In this document: in pieces, positions 1 to 14,444 of the stretch
How the letters are laid out: each line of letters starts with the position of its first letter
Numbering within the stretch: position 1 is the stretch's first letter
NCBI GenBank assembly: GCA_965228875.1
Contig: OZ245843.1
Location: 248,001-312,000 of the forward strand
Length of the DNA: 64,000 nucleotides
Reading direction: 5' to 3'
Source of the DNA: Thalassobaculaceae bacterium
GTDB taxonomy: Bacteria > Pseudomonadota > Alphaproteobacteria > Thalassobaculales > Thalassobaculaceae
Notes under the pieces: model-generated
The model's database searches: none
What the model saw: the letters and a program-made list of their open reading frames with translations, nothing else
What the model was told of the DNA's origin: nothing
Position numbers and translations under genes: made by a program

Positions 1-1487
1 TGAAGGCGCTCCGCGGGGCGTCGAGCTTCATGCTCGGGCGCTACGCCGAGGCGGAGGAATACCTGGACGACCCGGCTCTTAACGGATTCTCCGAGGCGGA
101 GCTCTGGCGCGGGGCGGCGACCGCCGGCCAGGGCAAGTGGGACGAAGCGGTGGAGCATATCGCCCGCGCCGGCGAGATTCCGGGCGGCTATCCGCGCAAC
201 TACACCACCGAGCTTGCGATGCAGGCGGCGGAGGCGGCGATCAGGGCCGGCGACTTCAGAGGTGCCGGTGCCTTCCTCGACGTGATTTCCGAGGGTGATC
301 CGACGCCGGGAGAGCGGGCCCGCCTGGACTTCCTGCGGGGGCGCGTGCTCTACGCCTTCGGCGATTCCGAGGCGGCGCTCGATATCTGGAACCGACTGGC
401 CGAGGGCGAGGACCGCTGGGCGCGCGTGCGCTCGGAGCGGGCGTTGATCCAGCACCTGCTCGACGACGGTCGGATCACCACCAAACAGGCGGCCGATCGG
501 CTGGACGAACTGCGTTACGCTTGGCGCGGCGACCGCCTGGAGTTCGAACTGCTGCGGGACTTCGGCCGGCTTCGGCTTGTGGAGAACGAGTACGAGGAGG
601 GCTTGGCGGCCCTTCGCCAGGCGGTGACCTATTTCCCGGACAACCCCGAGTCCCGCGATCTCGCCTATGAACTGACCGAGGAGTTCAGCGACATCTTCAC
701 CGGCGGCGCGGCGGAATCCATGACGCCGCTGCAGGCCTTGGCGCTGTATGACGAGTTCCGCGAACTCACCCCCGTCGGCGCGGCAGGCGACAAGATCATC
801 GAGGCGCTGGCCGACCGGCTGGTCAAGGTCGACCTGCTGGATCGGGCGGCACGCCTGCTCGACCGCCAGGTGAAGTTCCGGCTGCAGGGGACGGAGAAGG
901 CGCGTGTGGGCGCGCGTCTCGCGCTGATCCTTCTGCTCGACCGGCAGCCGGAGAGCGCGATCGCCGCCCTGGACGAGAGTGTGGCGCCAGGCCTTCGCCG
1001 GGATCTGGCGGACGAGCGGCGGCGCCTCCGGGCCCGTGCCATCTTCGAGCTCGGCGATGCCCAGGGCGCGCTGAAACTCCTGAGCGACGACCGCGGCCGG
1101 GAAGCCGACCTTCTCCGCGCCGATATCTTCTGGCGCACCCAGGAATGGGTCGAGGCGGCGAAGACCTTCCGCAGTCTGGTCGGCGATTCCGGGCGGGACG
1201 GTCGGCGGCTGACGTCGGAGCAGGCGAATTTCATCGTCAACTGGGCGGTTGCTCTGGCCCTCAGCGACAACGACAACGGCCTCAACCGGTTGCGTCAGAT
1301 CTACGGCACGCAGATGGACAACACACCCTTCCGGGAGGCGTTCCGTCTGATCACCAACAACACCGACAGCGGGCCTGACGAGTTCCTGCGCCTGAGCGAG
1401 CGCTTCGAGGAGATCGGCCGCTTCCAGGCCTTCCTGTCGAGCTACCGGGACAAGCTGAAGCAGGGTCCGCTCAGCGCCACGAACTGA
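1..1487 (+). CDS. TPR/alpha-solenoid protein of the flagellar cluster (5' end outside window)
   Basis: Frame is open upstream of the ATG at 30 (KALRGASSFM...). Helical Ala/Leu/Glu/Arg repeats; adjacent to fliP. Confidence 0.75.
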   Translation, partial: KALRGASSFMLGRYAEAEEYLDDPALNGFSEAELWRGAATAGQGKWDEAVEHIARAGEIPGGYPRNYTTELAMQAAEAAIRAGDFRGAGAFLDVISEGDPTPGERARLDFLRGRVLYAFGDSEAALDIWNRLAEGEDRWARVRSERALIQHLLDDGRITTKQAADRLDELRYAWRGDRLEFELLRDFGRLRLVENEYEEGLAALRQAVTYFPDNPESRDLAYELTEEFSDIFTGGAAESMTPLQALALYDEFRELTPVGAAGDKIIEALADRLVKVDLLDRAARLLDRQVKFRLQGTEKARVGARLALILLLDRQPESAIAALDESVAPGLRRDLADERRRLRARAIFELGDAQGALKLLSDDRGREADLLRADIFWRTQEWVEAAKTFRSLVGDSGRDGRRLTSEQANFIVNWAVALALSDNDNGLNRLRQIYGTQMDNTPFREAFRLITNNTDSGPDEFLRLSERFEEIGRFQAFLSSYRDKLKQGPLSATN

Positions 1488-1522
1488 GCCTTCCGTCGGG
1501 CGACGGGATCAAGGGTATCCGG

Positions 1523-2269
1523 CTATGTGCCGAAGCTTCGGACCAGGCTGCCGGCGACCATGTACCAGCCGTCGACAAGCACGAAGAAGATCAGCTTGAA
1601 CGGCAGCGAGATGGTCACGGGCGGCACCATCATCATTCCCATCGACATAAGTACCGACGCGATCACCATGTCGAGAATGACGAAGGGCAGGTAGAGCAGG
1701 AAGCCGATCTCGAAGGCGCGGCGCAGCTCGCTGATCATGAAGGCGGGGACAAGGACCTGGATCGGCGCGTTCAGGCCGGTCTCCGCCGGGCCGACCTGGG
1801 CGATATCCTCGAAGAGCTGCAGGTCCTTGTCGCGCACCTGGGCGAGCATGAAGGCCCGGAACGGCGCCACGGTCTCGCGGTAGGCCTCCTCCTCGTCGAT
1901 CCTCTCCTCGATCAGCGGATTGATGCCGTTCTGCCAGGCGGTCTCAAAGGTATCCGCCATGATGAACCCGGTCATGAACAGCGCGAGGCTGATGATGACG
2001 ATGTTCGGCGGCGCCTGCTGCGTGCCGAGGGCCGAGCGCAGGAGGGAGAAGACGATGATGATGCGGGTGAACGATGTCACCATCATCAGAATGCCGGGCG
2101 CCAGGGACAGCACCGTGACTAGCGCCACGAGTTGGATGATCCGGGCGGTGGTCGATCCGCCTGGCTCGCCGACATCGAGGCTCAGCGACTGGGCGAGGGC
2201 GGGAGCGGCGTAGGCGACGACGCCGGCCGCCAGCAGCCCGGCCATGGTCAAGAGAACGCGCCGGGTCAT
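1523..2269 (-). CDS. fliP: Flagellar export pore protein FliP
   Basis: MVTSFTRIIIVFSLLR, PAFMISELRRAFEIGF and LPFKLIFFVLVDGW motifs. Confidence 0.97.
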   Translation of the reverse strand: MTRRVLLTMAGLLAAGVVAYAAPALAQSLSLDVGEPGGSTTARIIQLVALVTVLSLAPGILMMVTSFTRIIIVFSLLRSALGTQQAPPNIVIISLALFMTGFIMADTFETAWQNGINPLIEERIDEEEAYRETVAPFRAFMLAQVRDKDLQLFEDIAQVGPAETGLNAPIQVLVPAFMISELRRAFEIGFLLYLPFVILDMVIASVLMSMGMMMVPPVTISLPFKLIFFVLVDGWYMVAGSLVRSFGT

Positions 2270-2574
2270 GGCGATCCCTCGGCCACGCGCGACGGTTCCG
2301 GGGGCGGGGCGGGGATTCCGGTTTCGACGACCAAGTCGCTTTCTCCGCCGATCACCAAGAGATGCTCCACATCGTCACGCCGTACCAGCACGAGCCGTCG
2401 ACGGCCGTCCAGGATCCTGGATTCGACAACCCTGACGCGCGGGTCGCGTCCGACGTTCATCGGCAGGCCGAACCGTTCGAGTGCGAAGCGCCGCACCAGC
2501 CAATAGCACAACCCGATAAGCCCGAGAACAAAGCCGAGGGCCAGGACGAAGCGCATGTAGTCGAGCAGACCCAT
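2266..2574 (-). CDS. fliO: Flagellar biosynthesis protein FliO
   Basis: N-terminal TM helix, LDGRRRLVLVRRDDVEHLLVIG motif, 4-bp overlap with fliP. Confidence 0.85.
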   Translation of the reverse strand: MGLLDYMRFVLALGFVLGLIGLCYWLVRRFALERFGLPMNVGRDPRVRVVESRILDGRRRLVLVRRDDVEHLLVIGGESDLVVETGIPAPPPEPSRVAEGSP

Positions 2575-2638
2575 ATGCCATTGTCGGCGGCGGTGGCTGG
2601 CGTGCCAAGAGTCCAGGCGCGCGGGATGCGCGGTCGGG

Positions 2639-2968
2639 TCAGAAACCGCGCCGGCGGCGGTTCTGGCCGGCGCCGTAGGCGGCGGCGGCGGCGCGGGCCG
2701 AACGGGCCGGAGCCGGCGAATCGCCGCTTCCGCCGCGGGCCTGTATCGCCGTTGCCGCGGCGTCGAGGTCGGTAATCAGCTGCTGCAGCGCCGGCAGCCG
2801 GGCCCTGGCCGCGTCCGGCGGCAGGGCGAGGACGGCGTCGCAGAGCCGAGAGACCCGCGCTTCGAGGGCCGGCCGGTCGGTTGAACCCTCGGCCAACCGG
2901 GCGATCTCGCCGGCGGCCTCCGCGAACTCCGCGTCGAGTCCGTCCGCGCTCCCGGCCTCGCGGGTCAT
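2639..2968 (-). CDS. Hypothetical helical protein
   Basis: 109-aa ORF whose start overlaps the stop of the upstream FlhB-like gene (ATGA). Confidence 0.6.
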   Translation of the reverse strand: MTREAGSADGLDAEFAEAAGEIARLAEGSTDRPALEARVSRLCDAVLALPPDAARARLPALQQLITDLDAAATAIQARGGSGDSPAPARSARAAAAAYGAGQNRRRRGF

Positions 2969-3294
2969 TGCGGGTCCTCCGCGGCACCGTCGTCGCGCAG
3001 CCGGCCGTTGGCTCGGTAGACGTAGGTCAGAATCTCGGCCACGGCGGCGAACGCCTCCATCGGGATTTCGCAGTCGACCTCGACCACCTCCAGGATCTGA
3101 GCCAGGTCGGGGTCGGTGCGAACCTTGATGTCGTTGTGGAAGGCGAGGTCGAGGATCTTCTCGGCCATCTCACCGTAGCCCTTGGCCACGACCGTCGGCG
3201 CGGCATCGCCGTCGATGTCATGGCTCAGGGCGATCGCAACCTGGCGTCTGTCGCCGGCGCGGCGGCCAGCCGGCATGTCGGAAGGTCCGGTCAT
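2965..3294 (-). CDS. FlhB C-terminal-like protein (EscU/YscU/HrcU family)
   Basis: AIAL..APTVVAKGYGEMAEKILDLA..IP.EAFAAVAEILTYVY. Start placed at ATG 3294, which has a TATACT hexamer 6 bp upstream (possibly leaderless). Confidence 0.85.
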   Translation of the reverse strand: MTGPSDMPAGRRAGDRRQVAIALSHDIDGDAAPTVVAKGYGEMAEKILDLAFHNDIKVRTDPDLAQILEVVEVDCEIPMEAFAAVAEILTYVYRANGRLRDDGAAEDPQ

Positions 3295-3348
3295 GCGGGC
3301 AGTATACCGCCGGCCCCCGTCCGTCGCACGTGGTGAGCGTCTCATCGC

Positions 3349-3364
3349 TGGCACGCCTCTTGCT
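3349..3364 (+). promoter_or_regulatory. Sigma-54 (-24/-12) promoter upstream of flgB
   Basis: TGGCAC-GCCTC-TTGCT matches TGGCAC-N5-TTGCW, about 95 bp before flgB. Confidence 0.8.
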
Positions 3365-3457
3365 TCACTGTTCTCGACCCTCTCCGGCGGCCTGCCGAAC
3401 GGCGGGGGGTGACTAAAGAAGCAATTTTATATAAATTGCTCAAAAAGGGGATGAGAG

Positions 3458-3871
3458 ATGAAGATGGCAGACATGGGCCTGTTTCGGATGGCCCGGCAGC
3501 AGATGGACTGGTTGGGCGACCGCCAGGCCGTTCTCGCCCAGAACATCGCCAACGCCGACACCCCGAACTACCGGGCGCGGGATCTCAAGGCGCTGAACTT
3601 CGAGCAGGAACTGCGCGAGGTGCGTCAGGTCAACCTGGCCGCGACCAAGGGCCAGCACCTCAACGGGACGATCGAGAAGCCTGACTTCCGCGTCGAGAAG
3701 CTCCGCGGTCGCGAGGTCTACGAGATGAACCCGAACGAGAACGGCGTCGTCCTCGAAGAGCAGATGATCAAGGTGTCGGACACCCAGATGAAGTACCAGC
3801 TGGCGTCGAATATCTATCACAAGAACATGACCATGCTCCGCACGGCCATCGGCCAGGGCGGCAGCCGGTAA
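3458..3871 (+). CDS. flgB: Flagellar basal-body rod protein FlgB
   Basis: RQAVLAQNIANADTPNYRARD and NENGVVLEEQM motifs. Confidence 0.96.
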   Translation: MKMADMGLFRMARQQMDWLGDRQAVLAQNIANADTPNYRARDLKALNFEQELREVRQVNLAATKGQHLNGTIEKPDFRVEKLRGREVYEMNPNENGVVLEEQMIKVSDTQMKYQLASNIYHKNMTMLRTAIGQGGSR

Positions 3872-3888
3872 CCGGAGAGGGCAGACCC

Positions 3889-4299
3889 ATGGAACTGATG
3901 AACGCCATCAAGATCTCCGCCTCCGGCATGAAGGCCCAGGGCACCCGCCTGCGGGTCGTCGCGGAGAACGTCGCCAACGCCGATTCGATGGGCAACAAGC
4001 CGGGCGACGACCCCTACCGCCGCAAGACCATCACCTTCCAGGACGAGCTGGACCGCAAGCTTGGCGCCGACCTGGTCACGGTGAAGAAGATCGGCCGCGA
4101 CATGGGCGACTTCGACATCGCCTACGAGCCGCACCACCCGCTCGCCGACGAGAACGGCTACGTCAAGCGACCGAACGTCAACGCCCTGATCGAACTGACC
4201 GACCTGAAGGAAGCCCAGCGCGGCTACGAGGCCAACATGAGCGTCATCGACAGCTCGAAGTCGATGATCCAGCGCACAATCGAGCTGCTGCGTCACTGA
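3889..4299 (+). CDS. flgC: Flagellar basal-body rod protein FlgC
   Basis: ISASGMKAQGTRLRVVAENVANA and HPLADENGYVKRPNVN motifs. Confidence 0.97.
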   Translation: MELMNAIKISASGMKAQGTRLRVVAENVANADSMGNKPGDDPYRRKTITFQDELDRKLGADLVTVKKIGRDMGDFDIAYEPHHPLADENGYVKRPNVNALIELTDLKEAQRGYEANMSVIDSSKSMIQRTIELLRH

Positions 4300-4382
4300 T
4301 CGGCGGTGATCGGGTGCCGGGCGAGGCGTTGGTTTCGCCTGCCGGGCGCATCGCGTAGACTGTCGACAATGGAGGTAGGGTC

Positions 4383-4676
4383 ATGGTGACAAGAATCTCG
4401 GATATCGTTCCTCCCACCACCGGACTCGGTGCCGGAGTGGGCGAGGCACCGGTCAGCGGCAAGGACTTCGCCAGCTTCGTGAAGGACGCTGCCGAGACCT
4501 CGGTCGACACCATGTACAATGGCGAGACCCTGTCGAAGGCCGGGATCGCGGGAACGGCCGAACTGACCGACGTGGTCGCCGCGGTGAACGACGCCGAACT
4601 GACCCTCCAGACCGTGACGGCGCTGAGGGACAAGCTTGTCTCAGCCTATCAGGAGATCATCCGCATGCCGATCTGA
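4383..4676 (+). CDS. fliE: Flagellar hook-basal body protein FliE
   Basis: C-terminal RDKLVSAYQEIIRMPI; follows flgC. Confidence 0.95.
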   Translation: MVTRISDIVPPTTGLGAGVGEAPVSGKDFASFVKDAAETSVDTMYNGETLSKAGIAGTAELTDVVAAVNDAELTLQTVTALRDKLVSAYQEIIRMPI

Positions 4677-4718
4677 GGCGGTTTCGGCCGCGCGGATCGA
4701 CAGGGCGGCAGGAACGGA

Positions 4719-4737
4719 CCCGGCAGGTTTTGCCGGG
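4719..4737. promoter_or_regulatory. ftr-like (FlbD-type enhancer) palindrome
   Basis: CCCGGCA-GGTTT-TGCCGGG between fliE and fliQ, resembling Caulobacter ftr elements. Confidence 0.6.
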
Positions 4738-4760
4738 CGGTCGGCGTTGGAGGGGACGAA

Positions 4761-5027
4761 ATGACCGAGGCGGACGCCATCGATATCGCCCGCGAGGCGG
4801 TTCTGGTCCTGCTGACGATGACGTTCCCGATCATGCTGATCGCCCTCGGGGTCGGACTGACGATCGCGCTCTTCCAGGCGCTGACCCAGCTTCAGGAGAT
4901 GACGCTCGTATTCGTGCCGAAGATCCTGGTCGTGTTCGCCTCGCTCTTGCTCCTGCTGCCGTTCATGCTCGGCACGATCACCACCTTCTTCGAGGGGCTG
5001 GCCGACAAGATCATCGGGCTGTCGTAG
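4761..5027 (+). CDS. fliQ: Flagellar export protein FliQ
   Basis: FQALTQLQEMTLVFVPKI motif. Confidence 0.97.
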   Translation: MTEADAIDIAREAVLVLLTMTFPIMLIALGVGLTIALFQALTQLQEMTLVFVPKILVVFASLLLLLPFMLGTITTFFEGLADKIIGLS

Positions 5028-5037
5028 GAGCCGGGCG

Positions 5038-5805
5038 GTGCCGCTCGAACAGTATCTTCCGGTCCAGGCCTACGCCCTGGCGCTGGTCATGGCGCGGTTC
5101 GGCGGCCTGCTGTTCCTGCTGCCGGGCATCGGCGAGTCGTTCATCTCGACCCGGATACGTCTGATGTTCCTGCTTGCCATGTCGGTGGCGGTCGCGCCGA
5201 CCGTGATGACCTATCTGCCGGTGACGCCGCCCTCGGTGCCGCAGATGTTCCTGTACATCTTCATCGAGGTGCTCGTCGGCACGTTCTTCGGACTCGTCGG
5301 GCGCGCCCTGATGCTGACGCTGGCCTCGGCCGGCATGATCATCTCGTTCTCGACCGGCCTGGCCAACGCCCAGGCTTTCAACCCGTCGCTGCAGACCACC
5401 GGCACGTCGGTCAGCCTGCTGCTGAGCATGCTGGCCATCATGATCGTGCTGGCGACCGACATCCACCACATGCTGATCATGGCGCTGGTCGACAGCTACA
5501 TCCTGTTTCCGCCGGGGGGGCTGCCGCCGATCGGCGACATGTCGCTCGCGTTCGCGAGACTGGTCGGCGACTCCTTCGAGATGGCGGTACAGCTGTCGGC
5601 GCCGTTCATCCTGTTTTCGCTGATGTTCTTCGTCACGCTGGGCGTGGTGTCCCGGCTGATGCCGCAGCTTCAGATTTTCTTCATCGGCCTTCCTGTACAG
5701 ATCCTCATGGGATTCACGATCTTGGTCGCCATCCTCGGCACGATGATCGAGGTGTACACCGCCTATATCGAGGACGGCATCGCCTCGTATCTGGTTCCCG
5801 GCTGA
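5038..5805 (+). CDS. fliR: Flagellar export protein FliR
   Basis: Polytopic membrane protein with SRLMPQLQIFFIGLP, between fliQ and flhB. Confidence 0.95.
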   Translation: MPLEQYLPVQAYALALVMARFGGLLFLLPGIGESFISTRIRLMFLLAMSVAVAPTVMTYLPVTPPSVPQMFLYIFIEVLVGTFFGLVGRALMLTLASAGMIISFSTGLANAQAFNPSLQTTGTSVSLLLSMLAIMIVLATDIHHMLIMALVDSYILFPPGGLPPIGDMSLAFARLVGDSFEMAVQLSAPFILFSLMFFVTLGVVSRLMPQLQIFFIGLPVQILMGFTILVAILGTMIEVYTAYIEDGIASYLVPG

Positions 5806-5828
5806 GAGCGGCGAGGCGTTAGCGGACC

Positions 5829-6902
5829 ATGTCTGACCAGGATCAATCGGAGAAGACCGAGGAACCGACCCCGAAGAAGCTGTCGGAAGCCCGCAAGAAG
5901 GGCCAGATTCCGAACAGCAAGGAGGTCAACAGCTTCGCCCTCCTGCTGGCCGCGGCGCTGGTGATCGGTATCGCCGGCCCGTATGTCGCGATCCGGGTCT
6001 ACGCGCCGCTCGCCGGGATCGTCGAGAAGAGCGGGACGATGCCGGTCGACCTCGGCAGCGCCGGCGCCGTGCTGTACGACGCCTTCGCCGACGTCCTGCT
6101 CGCGCTCTCGCCGGTCTTCGGGGCGATCATCGTCCTGGCCATCGCGGCCAGCCTGGGTCAGTCGGGGATCCTGTTCACCGCCGAGACGATCCAGCCGAAA
6201 CTGGACAAGATCTCGCCGATCAAGGGATTCAGCCGGCTGTTCTCGATGCGCTCGCTGGTCGAGTTCCTGAAGGGCATCGTGAAACTGATCGTCGTCGGTA
6301 CCGTGGCGGTGATCCTGGTCATGCCGGAGTTCGACCGGCTGGAGACGGTCGTCCAGATGGACGTGCGTTCCCTGCTGGAGGAGATCCAGACCCTGATCAT
6401 CCGCCTGCTTCTGGGGGTCGTGGCGATCATGGCGGTCATCGCCATCGCCGACTTCGTGTACCAGAAGTACGAGCACATCAAGCAGCTGCGCATGAGCCGG
6501 CAGGAGATCCGCGACGAGCACAAGCAGTCGGAAGGCGATCCCCACGTCAAGGCGCGCCTGCGTCAGATCCGTCACGAGCGGGCCCGCCAGCGGATGATGG
6601 CCGCCGTCCCGCAGGCCGATGTCGTGGTCACCAACCCGACCCACTTCGCCGTCGCCCTGCAATACGATACCGAAAGCATGGCGGCGCCGACGGTGGTCGC
6701 CAAAGGCGCCGATGCCGTGGCGTTCCGGATCCGCGAGCTGGCCGAGGCGAGCGACGTGCCGATCGTGGAGAACCCGCCGCTGGCCCGGGCGCTGTTCGGC
6801 GGCGTCGACCTGGACCAGCAGATCCCCGAAGAGCACTATCAGGCGGTGGCGCAGATCATCTCCTATGTGTATCGCATCAGAGGCAACCGGAAGACGGCAT
6901 AG
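5829..6902 (+). CDS. flhB: Flagellar export switch protein FlhB
   Basis: EKTEEPTPKKL, EGDPHVKARLR and NPTH autocleavage motif. Confidence 0.97.
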   Translation: MSDQDQSEKTEEPTPKKLSEARKKGQIPNSKEVNSFALLLAAALVIGIAGPYVAIRVYAPLAGIVEKSGTMPVDLGSAGAVLYDAFADVLLALSPVFGAIIVLAIAASLGQSGILFTAETIQPKLDKISPIKGFSRLFSMRSLVEFLKGIVKLIVVGTVAVILVMPEFDRLETVVQMDVRSLLEEIQTLIIRLLLGVVAIMAVIAIADFVYQKYEHIKQLRMSRQEIRDEHKQSEGDPHVKARLRQIRHERARQRMMAAVPQADVVVTNPTHFAVALQYDTESMAAPTVVAKGADAVAFRIRELAEASDVPIVENPPLARALFGGVDLDQQIPEEHYQAVAQIISYVYRIRGNRKTA

Positions 6903-6912
6903 GATACGGGCC

Positions 6913-8841
6913 ATGGCGGAATCCAAGATGTTCTCCGGTGGTGTGACCGGCTCGGCCTTCTGGCGGGCGTTGACCGGCGGGCGTGCCGAGCGGACGGAGC
7001 CCGGGCAAGGGCCGACGCCGGAGCCCACGCCGGCCGACGAGGAGACCGGCCGAGTCTGGCTCGCCGCCGACGGCCGGTTTGAGACCGCCGACGCCGGAGC
7101 GGCGACGATCCTCGGCGACGCCGCGGCCCGGGGCGAGGGCAAGGCCATCGCTCGACTGCGGCTCATCGCCCTGAAGCGCGACCCGGCCGAGGAGCAGACC
7201 GAGGAGCAGTTCGAGCACGAGGGTCGGAGCGTGCGGGCGGTGTTGGCCCCGTCGGCGGACGGTGGCCTGGAGGTGTCGCTGTCGTCGCCGCGCCCGCCCG
7301 AGGAAGCGCCGCCCGCGTCCGTCGAGGAGATCGTGACCGACGCCTTGGAGTTCGCCCCGATCGGCGCGGTGCGGATCAAGACCGACGGGGTGATCGTCGG
7401 TCATAACCGCTTCGTCTCCGAGTGGCTCGGTTCCGGCGGGCGCAACGCCCTGCTCGGCCACGCCTTCATGCCGCTGGTTGCCGAGCAGGACCGCGACCGC
7501 GTGCGCCAGGCCCTGACGGATGCTGATCCGTCCGGCGAGACCTCGAAGCCGATCGACGTGGTCATGGGCGACAGCGAGACGGAACGCTTCGCCTCGATGT
7601 ACGTGCGCCGGCCGGGGACCAACAGCAGCCAGCGGGTGATCTATCTGATCGACGTGAGCGACCAGCGCTCGCTTGAGGCACAGTTCGCCCAGTCGCAGAA
7701 GATGCAGGCGGTCGGTCAGCTCGCCGGCGGAGTGGCCCACGACTTCAACAACCTGCTGACGGCGATGACCGGCTATTGCGACCTGCTGTTGCAGCGGCAC
7801 CGGGCCGGCGATCAGTCCTTCGCCGACGTCATGCAGATCAAGCAGAACGCCAACCGTGCGGCCAATCTGGTGCGTCAGCTGCTCGCCTTCTCGCGTCAGC
7901 AGACGCTGATACCGCGCGTCATCGACCTCACCGAGATCCTGTCCGACCTGTCGCACCTTCTGCGCCGGCTCATCGGCGAGACCATCACCCTGGATCTGGA
8001 GCATGGCCGCGATCTGAGGCCGGTCCGCGTCGATCCCGGGCAGCTCGAACAGGTCATCATCAACCTCGTGGTCAATGCCCGCGACGCCATGCCCGCGGGC
8101 GGGCGGATCGCCATGCGTACCGGGCTGACCGAGACCGTGCGACCGCTGCGTCAGGGCGACGAGGTGATGCCGCCCGGCGAGTTCGTGCTGATCGAGGTGA
8201 TCGACACCGGCACCGGCATGCCCCCGGACGTCCGCAAACGGATCTTCGAGCCGTTCTTCACCACCAAGGATCTGGGGCACGGGACCGGGCTCGGCCTGTC
8301 GACGGCGTTCGGCATCATCAAGCAGTTCGGCGGGTATCTGTTCGTCGACAGCACGGAGGGGGTCGGCACCACCTTCTCGATCTATCTGCCGGCCTGGAAC
8401 GGCACGGTCGAGGTGAGCGCCGGCGACGGACAGCGCCGACTGGACACCGATCTGTCCGGCAGCGGCACGGTCCTGCTGGTCGAGGACGAGGACCCGGTCC
8501 GGCTGTTCGCCGCGAGGGCCCTGCGCGGCAAGGGCTACACCGTGCTGGAGGCGCGCTCGGGCGAAGCGGCGCTGGAACTTCTGGATGCCGAGGGCCCCGA
8601 AATCAACCTCATGGTCACGGACGTGATGATGCCGGGGATCGATGGCCCGACCCTGATCCGCGAGGTGCGCAAGACGCGGCCGAACCTGTCGGTGGTCTGC
8701 ATATCCGGATACTCTGAAGATGCCCTGCGCCAGCGCATCGCCGACGCCGATTCGGTTGCCTTCCTGCCGAAGCCGTTCTCCCTGAAGCAGCTTGCCCAGG
8801 CGGTGAAGCTTGCATCGAAACCGACTGACGGCGGATCTTGA
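6913..8841 (+). CDS. cckA: Hybrid PAS histidine kinase/receiver CckA
   Basis: QSQKMQAVGQLAGGVAHDFNNLLT H-box, HATPase and REC domains; flhB-cckA-recA synteny. Start at ATG 6913. Confidence 0.9.
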   Translation: MAESKMFSGGVTGSAFWRALTGGRAERTEPGQGPTPEPTPADEETGRVWLAADGRFETADAGAATILGDAAARGEGKAIARLRLIALKRDPAEEQTEEQFEHEGRSVRAVLAPSADGGLEVSLSSPRPPEEAPPASVEEIVTDALEFAPIGAVRIKTDGVIVGHNRFVSEWLGSGGRNALLGHAFMPLVAEQDRDRVRQALTDADPSGETSKPIDVVMGDSETERFASMYVRRPGTNSSQRVIYLIDVSDQRSLEAQFAQSQKMQAVGQLAGGVAHDFNNLLTAMTGYCDLLLQRHRAGDQSFADVMQIKQNANRAANLVRQLLAFSRQQTLIPRVIDLTEILSDLSHLLRRLIGETITLDLEHGRDLRPVRVDPGQLEQVIINLVVNARDAMPAGGRIAMRTGLTETVRPLRQGDEVMPPGEFVLIEVIDTGTGMPPDVRKRIFEPFFTTKDLGHGTGLGLSTAFGIIKQFGGYLFVDSTEGVGTTFSIYLPAWNGTVEVSAGDGQRRLDTDLSGSGTVLLVEDEDPVRLFAARALRGKGYTVLEARSGEAALELLDAEGPEINLMVTDVMMPGIDGPTLIREVRKTRPNLSVVCISGYSEDALRQRIADADSVAFLPKPFSLKQLAQAVKLASKPTDGGS

Positions 8842-8876
8842 GGGCGTCTCCTGCTGCGACTACCAGATATGGACGA

Positions 8877-8922
8877 GAACAAAACGCGAAAATTCGGTTG
8901 TTCATAAGAACAAAACCGGTAC
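8877..8922 (+). promoter_or_regulatory. Two alphaproteobacterial LexA (SOS) boxes upstream of recA
   Basis: GAAC-aaaacgc-GAAA (8877-8891) and GAAC-aaaaccg-GTAC (8908-8922), matching the GAAC-N7-GAAC/GTAC pattern. Confidence 0.85.
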
Positions 8923-9039
8923 AATCCTCCGCATAACCCCGGTCACCGCGGGCCGACCGACGGCGGGTGCCTGGCGGACGACGCGATGGCGGAGTCCGTT
9001 GCCCCGAACCCGGCGCGCACGATAGTAAGGAGGCGGAAG

Positions 9040-10128
<1,089 letters not shown>

Positions 10129-10410
10129 CGCCCCGTCGCCTGAAGCGTAGGCGACGTGCGGTCGGCCGAGGCCAGATGACGCCCCGCCATTCTGGGTGGT
10201 GTGTCGGGACGTCTTCCGAGGCCGAGGAGTGGCAACGGGATGGCGGCGGCGCGGCGTCGTCGTGATCGCCGGGCGGGACGAGCCCGGCCGGCGCTGCCGG
10301 GCGCCGCTGGACAGGGCTCTGTTGCCTGGATAAAACCGGGGGCTTTTGACACGGAGCCGGGGGCGCGCCAGGGGGTGCGGCCCCGCCCGTCGGTCGCCGG
10401 AGACAGGGCC

Positions 10411-13074
<2,664 letters not shown>

Positions 13075-13202
13075 GGTCTGGGCAGCGTCCGCGGCGGGCC
13101 GGGCGTGCCCCGATCCCGCCGCGATTGCATTTCAGGCTGACGGCGGCGACCCGACCCGAACCGCCACGACCCGAACCGCCACGACCCGATCTGCGAGGTG
13201 AG

Positions 13203-14071
<869 letters not shown>

Positions 14072-14072
<1 letters not shown>

Positions 14073-14440
14073 TGCGGAGACTGATGCTGGCATCCGTCCT
14101 CGCGCTTCTCGCGTCTCCGGTCTCCGCCGGCGAGCTTCTGGACGCCGCGCCGGAGGCGATGCGCGCCTATGCCGACCGGGCCGGCTATATCCTGAGCTCG
14201 ATCGAGGTCTGCGGCGGCGACGCGGAGGAGGAGGAGTACTTCCGCTCGATCGCCCGCGACAACCTCGTCCAGATCGGCGCCGACGACGAGGACCTCGGCT
14301 TTCTCGAGCATCACATGGAAGCGGCGGCCAAGGAGGCCCATCCCCGCAAGCGCGACTGCGACGAGGAAGGTGCCGTGCCCGTCGCCTCCGACCTCTTCCT
14401 GCATCGCAACGCCATCGAGCAGGCGGTGAAAGGACAGTAG
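14072..14440 (+). CDS. Hypothetical exported protein
   Basis: Signal peptide MRRLMLASVLALLASPVSA; TGATG coupling to the MoxR gene. Confidence 0.75.
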
Positions 14441-14444
14441 CACC

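Noticed and set aside
2590..2610. TGGCAC on the minus strand upstream of fliO as a sigma-54 promoter
   Set aside because: No TTGC -12 element at the required spacing.
10129..10410. Possible structured leader or riboswitch before alaS
   Set aside because: GC-rich hairpins only; no T-box or other recognisable motif. An Rfam search would be needed.
13147..13190. 15-bp tandem repeat CGACCCGAACCGCCA upstream of the MoxR gene (similar 12-bp repeat near 23166-23193)
   Set aside because: Only about 2 to 2.5 copies; likely slippage with no supporting function.
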